A stretch of 64,000 nucleotides of DNA from an uncultured Actinomycetes bacterium (GCA_963704725.1 OY969934.1:2624001-2688000); one strand, 5' to 3'. Counted from the stretch's first letter, positions 47,569 through 57,807 are shown. Notes: generated by a model from the letters alone, not told the origin. Numbers and translations are program-made.

Positions 47569-48533
47569 TGGCCCCCCTGAGCCGGTCCGCGTTCCGCTCG
47601 ATGGGCACGAACGTGTCGCTCATCGGACCCGCGTCCGACGGCTTCGAGATCGCCGACGCGGCAACTCGGGCGGTCTTCGACCAACAGGACCTGCGCTTCT
47701 CCCGGTTCCGTGCGGACAGCGAGCTGTCCCGGGTGAACGCCCGCGCCGGGAGCTGGACCCGCGTGTCTGAGGAGTTCGCGGCCGTGACCCGTCTCGCGCT
47801 CGCGGCCTGGTACGAGACGGCCGGACGCTTCGACCCCACGGTGCTCGATGCCGTGATCGCGGCGGGCTACGACCGCGACTTCGATGAGCTCCTGGCGGGA
47901 GCGCGGGGAGCGGTCCGCCCACCTCGGCCGTGCGGTCGCGTCCACGAGGTCGAGCTCGAAGACACCATGCTGCGCCTGCCCGAGGAGGTGGGCCTGGACC
48001 TCGGTGGGATCGCCAAGGGGTGGACCGTGGACGTGGCAGCCCAGACCTCGGTGGCCCTCGGCCTGCCGTGGGCCCTCGTGAACGCGGGCGGCGACCTGCG
48101 CGTGGCGGGGTCGCCACCCCCTGAGGGGGTCGAGGTGGGCGTCGAGGATCCACAGGACCCTGACGCCGAGGTGGGACGGCTGATCCTGGACGAGGGCGCG
48201 CTCGCCACCTCCTCCGTCACCCGCCGGGCGTGGGGCGCGGGGCTCCACCACCTGATCGATCCGTGGACGGGCCTGCCGTCCGACGGTGCGGTGCTCCAGG
48301 CCACCGTCTGGGCCCCCACGTGCGCCCAGGCCGAGATCCGGGCCAAGGAGGCGCTCCTGGAGGGCGAGCCCTACCTGGACCGCGGCGCGGCTACGCTCGT
48401 GCTCCGCGACGGTCGGATCGTGACGAACATGGTGGTCCAGGAACCGGGGCCCGACGACGGATCGGGGCCACGCCCCGTCGAGGAGGGCTCGACGGTACCG
48501 GGGGCCCCGCGGAACGAGGAGGTCGTGGCGTGA
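47568..48533 (+). CDS. apbE: FAD:protein FMN transferase
   Basis: MGT, FSRFRADSEL, DLGGIAKG, NAGGD, ATSS, HHLIDP. Confidence 0.93.
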   Translation: MAPLSRSAFRSMGTNVSLIGPASDGFEIADAATRAVFDQQDLRFSRFRADSELSRVNARAGSWTRVSEEFAAVTRLALAAWYETAGRFDPTVLDAVIAAGYDRDFDELLAGARGAVRPPRPCGRVHEVELEDTMLRLPEEVGLDLGGIAKGWTVDVAAQTSVALGLPWALVNAGGDLRVAGSPPPEGVEVGVEDPQDPDAEVGRLILDEGALATSSVTRRAWGAGLHHLIDPWTGLPSDGAVLQATVWAPTCAQAEIRAKEALLEGEPYLDRGAATLVLRDGRIVTNMVVQEPGPDDGSGPRPVEEGSTVPGAPRNEEVVA

Positions 48534-49213
48534 CGACGTGGATCGTGCTCCGGGCGGCCGGGATCGGCGCCTACGTGATGCTGTTCCTCTCGGTCGCGTG
48601 GGGGCTGGCGTCGACCACCACGATCCTCGGCAAGCGGTTCTCGAAGGCCTCCATGACGACGGTGCACCAGTTCACCGCGACGTGCGGACTGGTCCTGCTG
48701 GCCGTGCACATCGGCGGCCTGCTGGTCGACACGTTCACGCCGTTCTCCGTCGCGGACGTCACGATCCCGATGTCGACGACGTTCCACCCGGTGGCCGTGA
48801 CGTTCGGCATCGTGGCCATGTACGCGACGGTGTTCGTCATCGTCACGTCGTGGTTGCGCAAGCCGATCGGCACGAAGTGGTGGCGTCGGACGCACCTGTT
48901 GGCCGTCCCGACCTTCGTGCTCTCGATGATCCACGGCGTGTTCGCGGGCACCGACGCCGCCCGGCCGGCGATGTGGTGGACGTACGTGGCGACCGCCCTC
49001 ATCGTGCTGTTCCTGCTCGTGGTCCGCGGCCTCACCAGCGGGTTCCGACCCGAACGCGCCCCGCGGCCCGAACCCCGCCCCCGCGCCGCGGCGGCTGCGG
49101 CGCCCGCCGAACGTCCGGCGCAGCGAGTGCGTGCCGTTGCGGCGCCGTCCGAGCTACCCCCGCCGCCAGGGGATCCCGGGGCCGAGCTCAGAGCGCAGCC
49201 CGCGGTCGTCTGA
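48530..49213 (+). CDS. ferric reductase-like transmembrane (heme b) protein
   Basis: RAAG; TM histidines in VHQF, VHIG, WRRTH and IHG; GTD. Confidence 0.85.
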   Translation: MTTWIVLRAAGIGAYVMLFLSVAWGLASTTTILGKRFSKASMTTVHQFTATCGLVLLAVHIGGLLVDTFTPFSVADVTIPMSTTFHPVAVTFGIVAMYATVFVIVTSWLRKPIGTKWWRRTHLLAVPTFVLSMIHGVFAGTDAARPAMWWTYVATALIVLFLLVVRGLTSGFRPERAPRPEPRPRAAAAAAPAERPAQRVRAVAAPSELPPPPGDPGAELRAQPAVV

Positions 49214-49275
49214 CCCCGACCGGACGGGCCGAAGGTCGGCCGGAGCGGCCGGACCGCTCGCCGTAGGATGGCGGC

Positions 49276-51996
49276 ATGGCCATGGCCGCCTTCCCCGACC
49301 ATCTCGTTTCCGACGTCGTGCTCCGGGACGGCTCGACCGTTCGCGTCCGCCCGGCCCGGCCCACCGACGCCACACGCGTCGAGGACTATCTGATCGGGCT
49401 ATCGCCCGAAACGAGGCGGCTCCGGTTCTGGTCCCAGGCCATCGACGTCCGGGCCCTCGCCCGCAAGATCGTCGACGTCGACTACGACGACCACCTCACG
49501 CTGCTCGTCCTGCAGGGCGGCGACGAGGGCCGCATGGTCGGCGGCGCCCAGTACATCCGCATCGAAGGCGGCCGGGCCGAGGTGAGCCTGTCGGCCGCCG
49601 ACGAGTTCCAGGGCAAGGGGATGGGTTCGATCCTGCTCGGGCAGATGGCCCAGGAGGCCGCCCGCCACGGCATCTCGACGTTCGTGGCAGAGGTCCTGCC
49701 CGAGAACCACAAGATGGTGAACGTCTTCCGCGCGAGCGGCTTCACGGTCTCAATCCGCGCGACCCCCGGCTCGATCGAGGTCGAGTTCCCGATCCTGCTC
49801 ACCGAGGATGCCGTCGAGCGCTTCGAGGATCGCGAGACCCAGGCCGCCGTGAATGCCATGCGCACGTTCCTGCGCCCCGGTTCGGTGGCCGTCATCGGGG
49901 CGTCGCGGGACTCGTCGACGATCGGCGGACAGCTCTTCCACAACCTCCTGACGAACGAGTTCCACGGCCCCGTCTACCCCGTCAACCCGAAGGCGGACGT
50001 GGTGCACGGCGTCGTCGCGTATCCGTCCATCAAGGACATCGCCGGAGAGGTGGACGTGGCCTTCGTCTGCGTGCCGGCGGCCTACGTGGCGGGGGTCGCG
50101 CGCGAGTGCGGCGAGAAGGGCGTGCGAGGGCTCGTCGTCATCTCCTCCGGGTTCAGCGAGGTCGGGGGCGACGGGCCGAAGCGCCAGGACGAGCTCGTGG
50201 AGATCGCCCGCGCGTATGGGATGCGGATCATCGGACCGAACTGCATGGGCATCGTGAACACGTCCCCGGAGATCCGGATGGACGGGACGTTCGCGACCGT
50301 CTACCCGCCGCCGGGCCGCGTGGGGTTCCTGTCCCAGTCCGGCGCCCTCGGTCTGGCGGTCATGCAGTACGCGACGGAGCTGGACCTGGGGCTCTCCTCG
50401 TTCGTGTCGATCGGCAACAAGGCGGACATCTCGGGCAACGATCTCGTCGCCTACTGGGACGAGGACGGCGAGACCGACGTGGTGCTGCTGTACCTGGAGT
50501 CGTTCGGCAACCCCCGCAGGTTCGCGCGGCTGGCCCGCGACGTCAGCCGGCGCAAGCCAGTCATCTGCGTGAAGTCTGGACGGAGCGCGGCCGGGGCTCG
50601 CGCAGCGGCCTCCCACACCGGCGCGCTGCTCGCGGCGTCCGACATCACCGTCGACGCGCTGTTCCGCCAGGCCGGCGTGATCCGCACCGACACGCTCGAG
50701 GAGATGTTCGACGTCGCGACGATCCTGGCGAACCAGTCGGCGCCCAAGGGCGATCGCGTGGCGATCGTCACCAACGCGGGCGGCCTGGGGATCCTGTGCG
50801 CGGACACGTGCGAGGGGAACGGTCTGCGGGTCCCACCGCTCTCGGACGAGACGAAGGCGACGCTGCGCACGTTCCTGCCGGCCGAGGCATCCGTCGAGAA
50901 CCCGGTCGACATGATCGCCTCGGCCACCGCGGAGGACTACGAGCGGGCCATCGAGACCGTCGCCGCCGACCAGGAGGTCGACGCGGTCATCGTGATCTAC
51001 ATCCCGCCGCAGGCGACGAAGGCGGTCGAGATCGGCCATGCCATCGTCCGGGCCATCAACGAGGTTGGAGGGCGCATCCCGATCGCGACGACGTGGATGT
51101 CGACGAAGGGCTTGCCTCAGGAGCTGCAGGAGGCCGGGACGCGGATCCCATCCTTCGCCTTCCCCGAGCAGGCCGCGATCGCCATGGCCCACGCGGCCCG
51201 CTACGGCCGGTGGCGCGAGCGCCCGATCGGCTCGATCCCCCGGTTCCACGACACGAACACCGACGAGGCCGTGGCCGTCATCGCTGCCGCCCTGGGACGG
51301 GCGGACGCCGGATGGCTCACGGCGGAGGAGGTGGAACGGCTGTTCGCCTGCTACGGGCTCCGAACCGCCCGATCCGAACGGGTCGCCACGGCGGAGGAGG
51401 CCGGGGACGCCGCGTCGCGGATCGGCACCGCGGTCGCGATCAAGGCCTTCGGACCGGACATCGTCCACAAGACCGAGGTCGGGGCTGTAGCGCTGGGCCT
51501 GTCGGGGCCCGCCGAGACCACGTCGGCGGCCCGGCAGATGGCCGAGCGCGTCGCGGCCGCGGGGCTGACGCTCGAAGGCTTCCTCGTCCAGGAGATGGTG
51601 CAGGAGGGCGTCGAGATGCTCGTGGGCGTGGCGCACGACCCCCTGTTCGGCCCCGTGATCGCCTGCAGCGCGGGGGGCACCACCGTGGAGCTGGTCCGGG
51701 ACGTCGCCGTGCGCCTGACGCCGATCACCGACCTGGACGCGGGCGAGATGGTGCGATCGCTGCGGACCTTCCCGCTCCTGGAGGGGTTCCGCGGCGCGCC
51801 GAAGGTGGACGTCGCCGCCCTGGAGGACGTCCTCCTGCGCGTGAGCGAGCTCGTCGAGAACCACGCGGGGATCGCGGAGATGGACTGCAACCCGGTCATG
51901 GTCCTGCCCCGCGGGGCGCTGATCGTGGACGCGCGGGTCCGGGTGCAGGAGGGGCCGCCGCTGAAACCGCTCGCTGCACGCGCCGCGGCGGGCTGA
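49276..51996 (+). CDS. GNAT + CoA-binding/ATP-grasp protein (Pat-type lysine acetyltransferase)
   Basis: N-terminal GNAT (FQGKGMG), GPNCMG, SQSGA, SHTG, HKTEVG, DCNP. Confidence 0.88.
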   Translation: MAMAAFPDHLVSDVVLRDGSTVRVRPARPTDATRVEDYLIGLSPETRRLRFWSQAIDVRALARKIVDVDYDDHLTLLVLQGGDEGRMVGGAQYIRIEGGRAEVSLSAADEFQGKGMGSILLGQMAQEAARHGISTFVAEVLPENHKMVNVFRASGFTVSIRATPGSIEVEFPILLTEDAVERFEDRETQAAVNAMRTFLRPGSVAVIGASRDSSTIGGQLFHNLLTNEFHGPVYPVNPKADVVHGVVAYPSIKDIAGEVDVAFVCVPAAYVAGVARECGEKGVRGLVVISSGFSEVGGDGPKRQDELVEIARAYGMRIIGPNCMGIVNTSPEIRMDGTFATVYPPPGRVGFLSQSGALGLAVMQYATELDLGLSSFVSIGNKADISGNDLVAYWDEDGETDVVLLYLESFGNPRRFARLARDVSRRKPVICVKSGRSAAGARAAASHTGALLAASDITVDALFRQAGVIRTDTLEEMFDVATILANQSAPKGDRVAIVTNAGGLGILCADTCEGNGLRVPPLSDETKATLRTFLPAEASVENPVDMIASATAEDYERAIETVAADQEVDAVIVIYIPPQATKAVEIGHAIVRAINEVGGRIPIATTWMSTKGLPQELQEAGTRIPSFAFPEQAAIAMAHAARYGRWRERPIGSIPRFHDTNTDEAVAVIAAALGRADAGWLTAEEVERLFACYGLRTARSERVATAEEAGDAASRIGTAVAIKAFGPDIVHKTEVGAVALGLSGPAETTSAARQMAERVAAAGLTLEGFLVQEMVQEGVEMLVGVAHDPLFGPVIACSAGGTTVELVRDVAVRLTPITDLDAGEMVRSLRTFPLLEGFRGAPKVDVAALEDVLLRVSELVENHAGIAEMDCNPVMVLPRGALIVDARVRVQEGPPLKPLAARAAAG

Positions 51997-52003
51997 CGCC
52001 GGC

Positions 52004-52837
52004 TCAGCCCGGCCGGACCACCAGGACCGAGCAGGGGGCGTGCTGCGCGCAGTACTCGCTCACGCTGCCGAGCAGGACTCGGCGCACTCCGCTCAGCCCG
52101 CGATGGCCCACGACGAGCAGATCGGTCTCGCCACCGCTCGCCGCCTTCACGAGCGCGTGCTCGGGACGTCCCATCGCCACGTCCCGAACGGGGACGACAC
52201 CGCGCGAGGTGGACGCGAACACCGCCGGCTCGAGCTCCGGCGGCGTCGGCTCGTCCTCGTCGAGCGTCCACTCGTTGTCGTCGCCGCGAAAGACCGGGAT
52301 GACGTGCACCAGGCGCAGCTCGGCGCCGGCGGCGGCGGCGATCCCCGCGGCCGCGGCGGCGGTGTCCGCCGAGGCATCCGAGCCGTCAACGCCGCACGCG
52401 ATGCGGCGCGGGAACTCGGGGCCGGCCGCCCGCGCGACGAGAACCGACGCGCGAGACTCGCGCAGGACGTGCGCCGCCACCTGTCCGATCCGGATCGCGC
52501 CGCCGATGAGGCCGGCGTCGGGCCCCACGCAGATCAGGTCGGCGCCCTCCGCGACGGCCTCCTCGAGCAGCGTCCGGGCGGGGTCCCCCGCCAGGATCCG
52601 CGCGTCGACCGTCGCGCCGGCCTCCGCCGCCAGCACGGACGCGCGCGCCAGGGCGTCCTCGGCCTCGCGCTCCACGTCGTCGCGATGGGCACGGCCGGTG
52701 TCGACGACGAAGACGGCCTCGAGCGCGGCGCCCGTGGTCGAGGCGAGCCGCGCCCCCTGACGGACGGCCTCGTCGGCACGCGGGGACCCGTCGGTGGCCG
52801 CCAGGATCCGGGAGGGGAGACCGGGGCTTCCCGTCAA
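52004..52837 (-). CDS. tandem universal stress protein
   Basis: ILAATDGS and IACGVDGS; LLGSVSE; TTG start overlaps the CBS gene stop. Confidence 0.88.
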   Translation of the reverse strand: MTGSPGLPSRILAATDGSPRADEAVRQGARLASTTGAALEAVFVVDTGRAHRDDVEREAEDALARASVLAAEAGATVDARILAGDPARTLLEEAVAEGADLICVGPDAGLIGGAIRIGQVAAHVLRESRASVLVARAAGPEFPRRIACGVDGSDASADTAAAAAGIAAAAGAELRLVHVIPVFRGDDNEWTLDEDEPTPPELEPAVFASTSRGVVPVRDVAMGRPEHALVKAASGGETDLLVVGHRGLSGVRRVLLGSVSEYCAQHAPCSVLVVRPG

Positions 52838-53544
52838 CGAGAGACCTTCGGCACGATCGTCGTCCAGGGCAGAGGCAGGTCCGAGGGCGGCGCCGTGTCG
52901 TCGGTCAGGTAGGTGAGACGGTGCTCGAAGGCGACCACGCCCTCGGTCGAGAGCACGAGGCGCTCGAGGACGGGGATCAGGCTGCGACGCTCGAGCTGCC
53001 CTTCGATCGTGACGACGCCGTCGCGGACCACGGCCCGGATCGTATCCGGATCGATCCACAGCGTCCGCCGGATCACGTCCTCGCGGATCTCGTTCGCGAT
53101 GTCGGCGTCCTCGCGGAGGAACACCTTGAGCAGGTCCGTGCGGGACACGATCCCGAGGATCGCGCCGGAGTCAGGGTCCACCACCGGGAGCCGTTTCACG
53201 GTCCGGCGGTGCATGAGCCGGGCCGCCTCGCCCAGGCTCGCGTCCGGCCCGACGGAGATCACGGGCACGCTCATCACCTCCGAGGCGACGAGCCCCGCGG
53301 CCTTGGAGCGGTCGTGCCGGCGGTGGACGCCCTCGAAGAGGTGGGCCTCCCCCTCCAGCTCCGGGTCCTCCTTCAAGATGAGGTCGCCCTCGGAGACGAG
53401 CCCGAGCACCCGCTGGTCCTCGTCGACGACGGGGACCGCGCTCACCCGGTACTCCTGCATGCTCCGCACGATGTCCTTGAACGGCGTGAAGGCGTTCACG
53501 GACACGACGGTGCGGGTCATCACGTCCGAAACGGTCCGCTTCAT
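52834..53544 (-). CDS. CBS pair + BON domain protein
   Basis: VSDVMT, VPVVD, KRLPVVD, GIVSRTDLL, RDGVVTIEG. Confidence 0.9.
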   Translation of the reverse strand: MKRTVSDVMTRTVVSVNAFTPFKDIVRSMQEYRVSAVPVVDEDQRVLGLVSEGDLILKEDPELEGEAHLFEGVHRRHDRSKAAGLVASEVMSVPVISVGPDASLGEAARLMHRRTVKRLPVVDPDSGAILGIVSRTDLLKVFLREDADIANEIREDVIRRTLWIDPDTIRAVVRDGVVTIEGQLERRSLIPVLERLVLSTEGVVAFEHRLTYLTDDTAPPSDLPLPWTTIVPKVSR

Positions 53545-53655
53545 CGTCCGTCCCCTTCCACGAGGGAGTGGTGCTCAGGCTCACGGTAGGCCTGTGCTCG
53601 ATCGGCCCCCACGGCCGGAGGACCCTCGTAGGCACGGCCGCGGCCCGACGCGGGC

Positions 53656-53693
53656 GGGCCGCAGGTCCCGAACCCGCACGGGCCGTTCGGCGC
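53656..53693. promoter_or_regulatory. tandem DosR-like boxes
   Basis: GGGCCGCAGGTCCC and GGGCCGTTCGGCGC in the divergent CBS/kinase promoter. Confidence 0.5.
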
Positions 53694-53712
53694 GCGCTAC
53701 GCTTCATGGGGA

Positions 53713-55314
53713 ATGGACCGGCGCAACCGACTGATCCGATCCGGCCTCGCGATCGCCTCGGAGCTGAGCCTCGAGGTCGTGCTCCAGCGCATCGTGGAGG
53801 CGGCCGCCGAGCTGACGGACGCGCGGTACGGCGCCCTGGGGGTCCTGGGATCCGACGGGCGGATCGCCCAGTTCGTGACCACGGGGGTGAGCGCCGAGGA
53901 GCGGGCCCGGATCGGCGATCCGCCCACCGGCCACGGGATCCTCGGCCTCCTGATCCGCGAGGCGCGCCCCCTCCGGATCGCCGTCCTCGCGGACCACCCG
54001 CTCTCGTACGGCTTCCCCGAGAACCATCCCTCGATGACGTCGTTCCTCGGAGCTCCGGTGACCGCCCGGGGACGGGTGTTCGGGAACATCTACCTGACCG
54101 ACAAGCAGGGCGCCGAATCCTTCGACGCGCAGGACGAGGAGTCCCTGGAGATCCTGGCGGCCCAGGCGGGCATCGCCATCGAGAACGCGCACCTGTACGA
54201 GGAGTCGCAGGCTCGCCAGCGCTGGCTGGCCGCAACCGCCGAGATCGCCAGCGCGATCCTGTCCCGCTCCCACCCGGAGGAGGCGCTGCAGCTGGTCACG
54301 TCCAGGGCGCGCGAGCTGGTGAAGGCGGACCTGGCCTGGGTCGTGACCCCGGAGCCGGGCGGGATCCTTCGCGTGGCGTTCGCCGACGGCGCCCGGGCGG
54401 AATCGATCCTGGGGATGGCGGTCCCGCTCGAGGGCTCGATCTCCGGCGAGGTGGTCCGCACCGGCCATGCCGTGGTGGTCACCGACCCCAGGCAGGACGA
54501 GCGGGCGTTCCTTCCCATGGTGGAGGCCGGGAACACCGGACCCGCCGTCATCCTCCCGCTCACCGCGCACGGGCGGGCGTTCGGGACCCTGGCCGCCGCC
54601 CACGAGCCGGGCGAGGGGTTCTTCGACGACGACCAGGTGCGCCTGCTCGAGTCCTTCGCCGATCAGGCGGCGCTGGCGCTCGAGTACGGGCGGGCCCAGC
54701 GGGAGGCGGAGCGGCTGGTGGTGCTCGAGGATCGCGAGCGGATCGCCAAGGAGCTCCACGACGGCGTGATCCAGGCGCTGTTCGCCGTGGGGATGGGGCT
54801 GCAGGGGACGGCGCTGATGTCGGGCGACGACGAGCTGTCGACCCGGATCGAGGGCGCGGTGGGCGAGCTCGACCGCGTGATCCGGGACCTCCGCAACTAC
54901 ATCTTCGGGCTGCGGCCGGGGATCCTGGCCGATCGCCAGCTCGACAAGGCGCTGCGGGCGCTCGTCGAGGAGTTCCAGAGCCGGAGCGGCGTCGTGACGA
55001 TCATCGAGCTGGACGAGTCGGTGGCCTCGGAGATCTCCCCGATGGCCGCCGACATCGTGCAGCTCACCCGCGAGGCGCTGTCGAACGTTGGGCGCCACGC
55101 CTCGGCGACGACATGCCGGGTCTCCCTGTCGCAACGTGACGGGACGGCGGTCTTGGTGATCGACGACGACGGGAGCGGGTTCGACCCGGACACGGTGCGT
55201 CGCGGGGACGGCCTCACGAACCTCGAGGAGCGCGCCGAGGCCCTGGGCGGGAAGGCCTTCATCGAGTCGGCTCCCACCCAGGGCACCACGGTGCGGATCG
55301 AGCTGCCCCTGTAG
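53713..55314 (+). CDS. GAF-GAF histidine kinase (DosS/DosT-like)
   Basis: DARYGALGV, GFPENHPSM, ERIAKELHDGVIQ, DDGSGF. Confidence 0.92.
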   Translation: MDRRNRLIRSGLAIASELSLEVVLQRIVEAAAELTDARYGALGVLGSDGRIAQFVTTGVSAEERARIGDPPTGHGILGLLIREARPLRIAVLADHPLSYGFPENHPSMTSFLGAPVTARGRVFGNIYLTDKQGAESFDAQDEESLEILAAQAGIAIENAHLYEESQARQRWLAATAEIASAILSRSHPEEALQLVTSRARELVKADLAWVVTPEPGGILRVAFADGARAESILGMAVPLEGSISGEVVRTGHAVVVTDPRQDERAFLPMVEAGNTGPAVILPLTAHGRAFGTLAAAHEPGEGFFDDDQVRLLESFADQAALALEYGRAQREAERLVVLEDRERIAKELHDGVIQALFAVGMGLQGTALMSGDDELSTRIEGAVGELDRVIRDLRNYIFGLRPGILADRQLDKALRALVEEFQSRSGVVTIIELDESVASEISPMAADIVQLTREALSNVGRHASATTCRVSLSQRDGTAVLVIDDDGSGFDPDTVRRGDGLTNLEERAEALGGKAFIESAPTQGTTVRIELPL

Positions 55315-55324
55315 CGCTCGCGGA

Positions 55325-56695
55325 TCACTGCACGACGAGCGCGGTGACCATCCCGAACATGCCCTGCGGCCCCTCCACGTGCGGCAGGATGTGGCAGTGG
55401 AACGCCCACACGCCGGGGTTGTCGGCGTGCACGAGCACGTCGAACCGCTGGCCGGGGGCGACCATGATCGTGTCGGCCAGGTACCGGTTGGCCCGACTGA
55501 ACGCGTAGCCGTCCTCGGCGACCACCTCGAAATGGAAGCCGTGCAGGTGCATGGGGTGGATCATCGCGCCGTCGTTCGCGATGTGGATCAGCACGTCGTC
55601 GCCGAGCTGGGCCACGATCGGCTGGGTCGCGGGGAAGCCCTTGCCGTTGAGCACGTAGCCGAACGGGCCGTCGCCGAGGAACAGCGTGCTCTCCACCTCG
55701 ACCTTCTGGCCGTAGACGGAGCTCCAGTCGCCGTTCGGCGGATCCACGTAGAGCGCGCCGTACAGACCCTTGCCCACCTGCTCGGTCGAATTGAAGTGGG
55801 AGTGGTAGACGTACATCCCCGGCGGATCCACGATCGGGAACTCGTACGTGAAGAAGCCGCCCGGCAGGATGGGATCCTGCGTGATGTAGGGCACCCCGTC
55901 CATGTCGTTCGGCACTTCGAGACCGTGGAAGTGGACGGTGGTGGGCTGCGACATCTCGTTGCGCACCACGATCCGGACCTTGTCGCCCTGGTTCACGTGG
56001 ATCTCGGGGCCGGGGACGGTCCCGTTGAAGCCCATGGCGTCCACGAAGACGCCCGGGGAGGTCTCCCATCGGACCTCCTGGACCGTGAGCTCGAAGACCT
56101 TGACGCCGTTCTCGATCGTGGGCTCGAGGACCTGGTTGCCTTGGCCCTGCGTCTGGGCGGGGAACGCCTCCATCGCCGCGCGGTGGCCGTCGAGCATCTC
56201 CTGGCTGCTCATCCCGGCATGCGAGCTCATCCCGGGCATCGAGCCCGAGGAGCCGGAGGCCCCGCTCGCACCGGCCGCCACCACGCCTCCGGAGGAGACG
56301 GTCAGCGAGCCGACCATCCCGAGGTCGGCGTGGCCGGCGATCGTGCAGGAGTAGCGGTAGTCGCCCGCGTCGAGCCCCGCGACCTGGAGCGTCTGCGTCT
56401 CGCCGGGCTGCAGCTCGCGGGTCTGCTCGACGCCGCTCCCCGTGTCGACGGCGAAGGTATGGGCGGCCGTGCCGTCGTTCGAGACGTCGAACGACAGGGT
56501 CTGCCCGGAGGGCGCGTCGATGTGGGCCGGTGTGATCGCGAACTCGGTGAGCGAGACGGCGAACGAGGCCGGCGCCGCCTGGGTACCGTCGCCCTCCTGC
56601 GTCCCTCCCCCGTCACCGCCGCACGCCCCGGCCGCCAGCATCAGCACCGCGGCCGCGGCCCCGACCGCGAACGCCTGGACCCGCCTCGTCGTCAT
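55325..56695 (-). CDS. lipoprotein: cupredoxin domain + two-domain multicopper oxidase
   Basis: AAGAC lipobox; H..CTIAGHADLGM; HFHG, YHSH, HPMHLHG, HCHILPH. Confidence 0.88.
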   Translation of the reverse strand: MTTRRVQAFAVGAAAAVLMLAAGACGGDGGGTQEGDGTQAAPASFAVSLTEFAITPAHIDAPSGQTLSFDVSNDGTAAHTFAVDTGSGVEQTRELQPGETQTLQVAGLDAGDYRYSCTIAGHADLGMVGSLTVSSGGVVAAGASGASGSSGSMPGMSSHAGMSSQEMLDGHRAAMEAFPAQTQGQGNQVLEPTIENGVKVFELTVQEVRWETSPGVFVDAMGFNGTVPGPEIHVNQGDKVRIVVRNEMSQPTTVHFHGLEVPNDMDGVPYITQDPILPGGFFTYEFPIVDPPGMYVYHSHFNSTEQVGKGLYGALYVDPPNGDWSSVYGQKVEVESTLFLGDGPFGYVLNGKGFPATQPIVAQLGDDVLIHIANDGAMIHPMHLHGFHFEVVAEDGYAFSRANRYLADTIMVAPGQRFDVLVHADNPGVWAFHCHILPHVEGPQGMFGMVTALVVQ

Positions 56696-56765
56696 CGAGC
56701 GTCTCCTTCCGTCGTGCGTCCATCGCATGGCGGTAGATGCAACGAGATCGGGAGCGACGCGCTGA

Positions 56766-56779
56766 GGGCCGGACGGCCC
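56766..56779. promoter_or_regulatory. DosR-like box GGGCCGGACGGCCC
   Basis: Palindromic arms upstream of the oxidase gene. Confidence 0.5.
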
Positions 56780-56813
56780 GTTGCGGCCCGGGCGGACGGC
56801 CCCGCGCGGGCGT

Positions 56814-57209
56814 TCAGGCCAGGGTACGGACCGCGGCGACGAGCTCGTCGTGGCTCGGGTGGCGATGGAGCCTGCGCAGCTGGCCGGGGACGTCGTCGCC
56901 CGGGTGCGAGCCGAGCGCGACGACGCGGTGGCCCGACATCAGGTACAGGCCGAGCAGCTCCTCGGCCGGCGTCCCCATGACCACTCCCTCGCTCTGCAGG
57001 CTCATGTCGAGGACGACCAGGTCCGTCTCGGCGGCGAGGGGACACGTCCCCCCTCGCGCTCCGACGCAGGTGTAATCGGGCTCGGTTGGGCCGGGGCAGA
57101 GGACGACCTCGAACCCCTCGCGCTCGAGCCAGCCGCCGAAACGGGCGCGCTCGAGGGGATCCGCCTCGACGATCAGGACGCTGCCGCCCGTGTCCGCCCC
57201 CTCGGCCAT
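56814..57209 (-). CDS. single-domain receiver-like protein with Cys insertion
   Basis: VLIVE..GFEVVLCPGP..C..CPL..DLVVLD. Confidence 0.65.
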   Translation of the reverse strand: MAEGADTGGSVLIVEADPLERARFGGWLEREGFEVVLCPGPTEPDYTCVGARGGTCPLAAETDLVVLDMSLQSEGVVMGTPAEELLGLYLMSGHRVVALGSHPGDDVPGQLRRLHRHPSHDELVAAVRTLA

Positions 57210-57319
57210 CCGGCCAAGCATGCGCCGACCGGTCGGCCCGGTCGCCGGCTTCGGGTCCCTCGCCGGTGAGGCCCTTCGACCCTGAGTGGCCTACGCGCGG
57301 GACGCCCATCCTAGGTCGC

Positions 57320-57790
57320 ATGTTCGTGCGCTACTTCCTCGACCTGACCGTCCCGTTCGAGGCGGTGGAGGGATCCCTCCTGGACCACTCGGAGACCTGG
57401 GTCCCGGGCCTGCTCCGGGCGGCCGAGGATCGGGGCGAGCGGCTCCTGGCCGAGGTGGGGTTCGCCGTGGAGGCCCGCCGGATCGACAAGGAGGTGGAGA
57501 TCCGGCTCGGTACGCCCTACCGGATCCCGTCCAAGACCCTCCTGCCGATGACGTGGAGCGCGACCGGGGCCGAGCGGATGTTCCCTCAGCTCGACGCCGA
57601 CATCGAGGTCGCCGCGCTCGGGCCGAAGCGGACCCAGCTCTCGATCAGCGCCAGGTACCGCCCGCCGATGGGAGCGGTCGGCCGCGCGCTGGATCGCGCC
57701 ATGCTCCACCGGGTCGCGGAGGCCACCATCAAGGACTTCCTCGACCGGGTCGGCGAACGGATCCTCGCTCACGAGACGACGACCGCCTGA
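57320..57790 (+). CDS. hypothetical protein (possibly SRPBCC-like)
   Basis: MFVRYF...FPQLDADIEV...YRPPMG..GRALD; good codon bias. Confidence 0.7.
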   Translation: MFVRYFLDLTVPFEAVEGSLLDHSETWVPGLLRAAEDRGERLLAEVGFAVEARRIDKEVEIRLGTPYRIPSKTLLPMTWSATGAERMFPQLDADIEVAALGPKRTQLSISARYRPPMGAVGRALDRAMLHRVAEATIKDFLDRVGERILAHETTTA

Positions 57791-57807
57791 GCGGTAGGAT
57801 TCGCCCC

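Noticed and set aside
55325-56695. NirK nitrite reductase
   Set aside because: The His pattern (HFH, HSH, HLH, HCH) fits a trinuclear-cluster oxidase, and domain 1 lacks the T1 Cys
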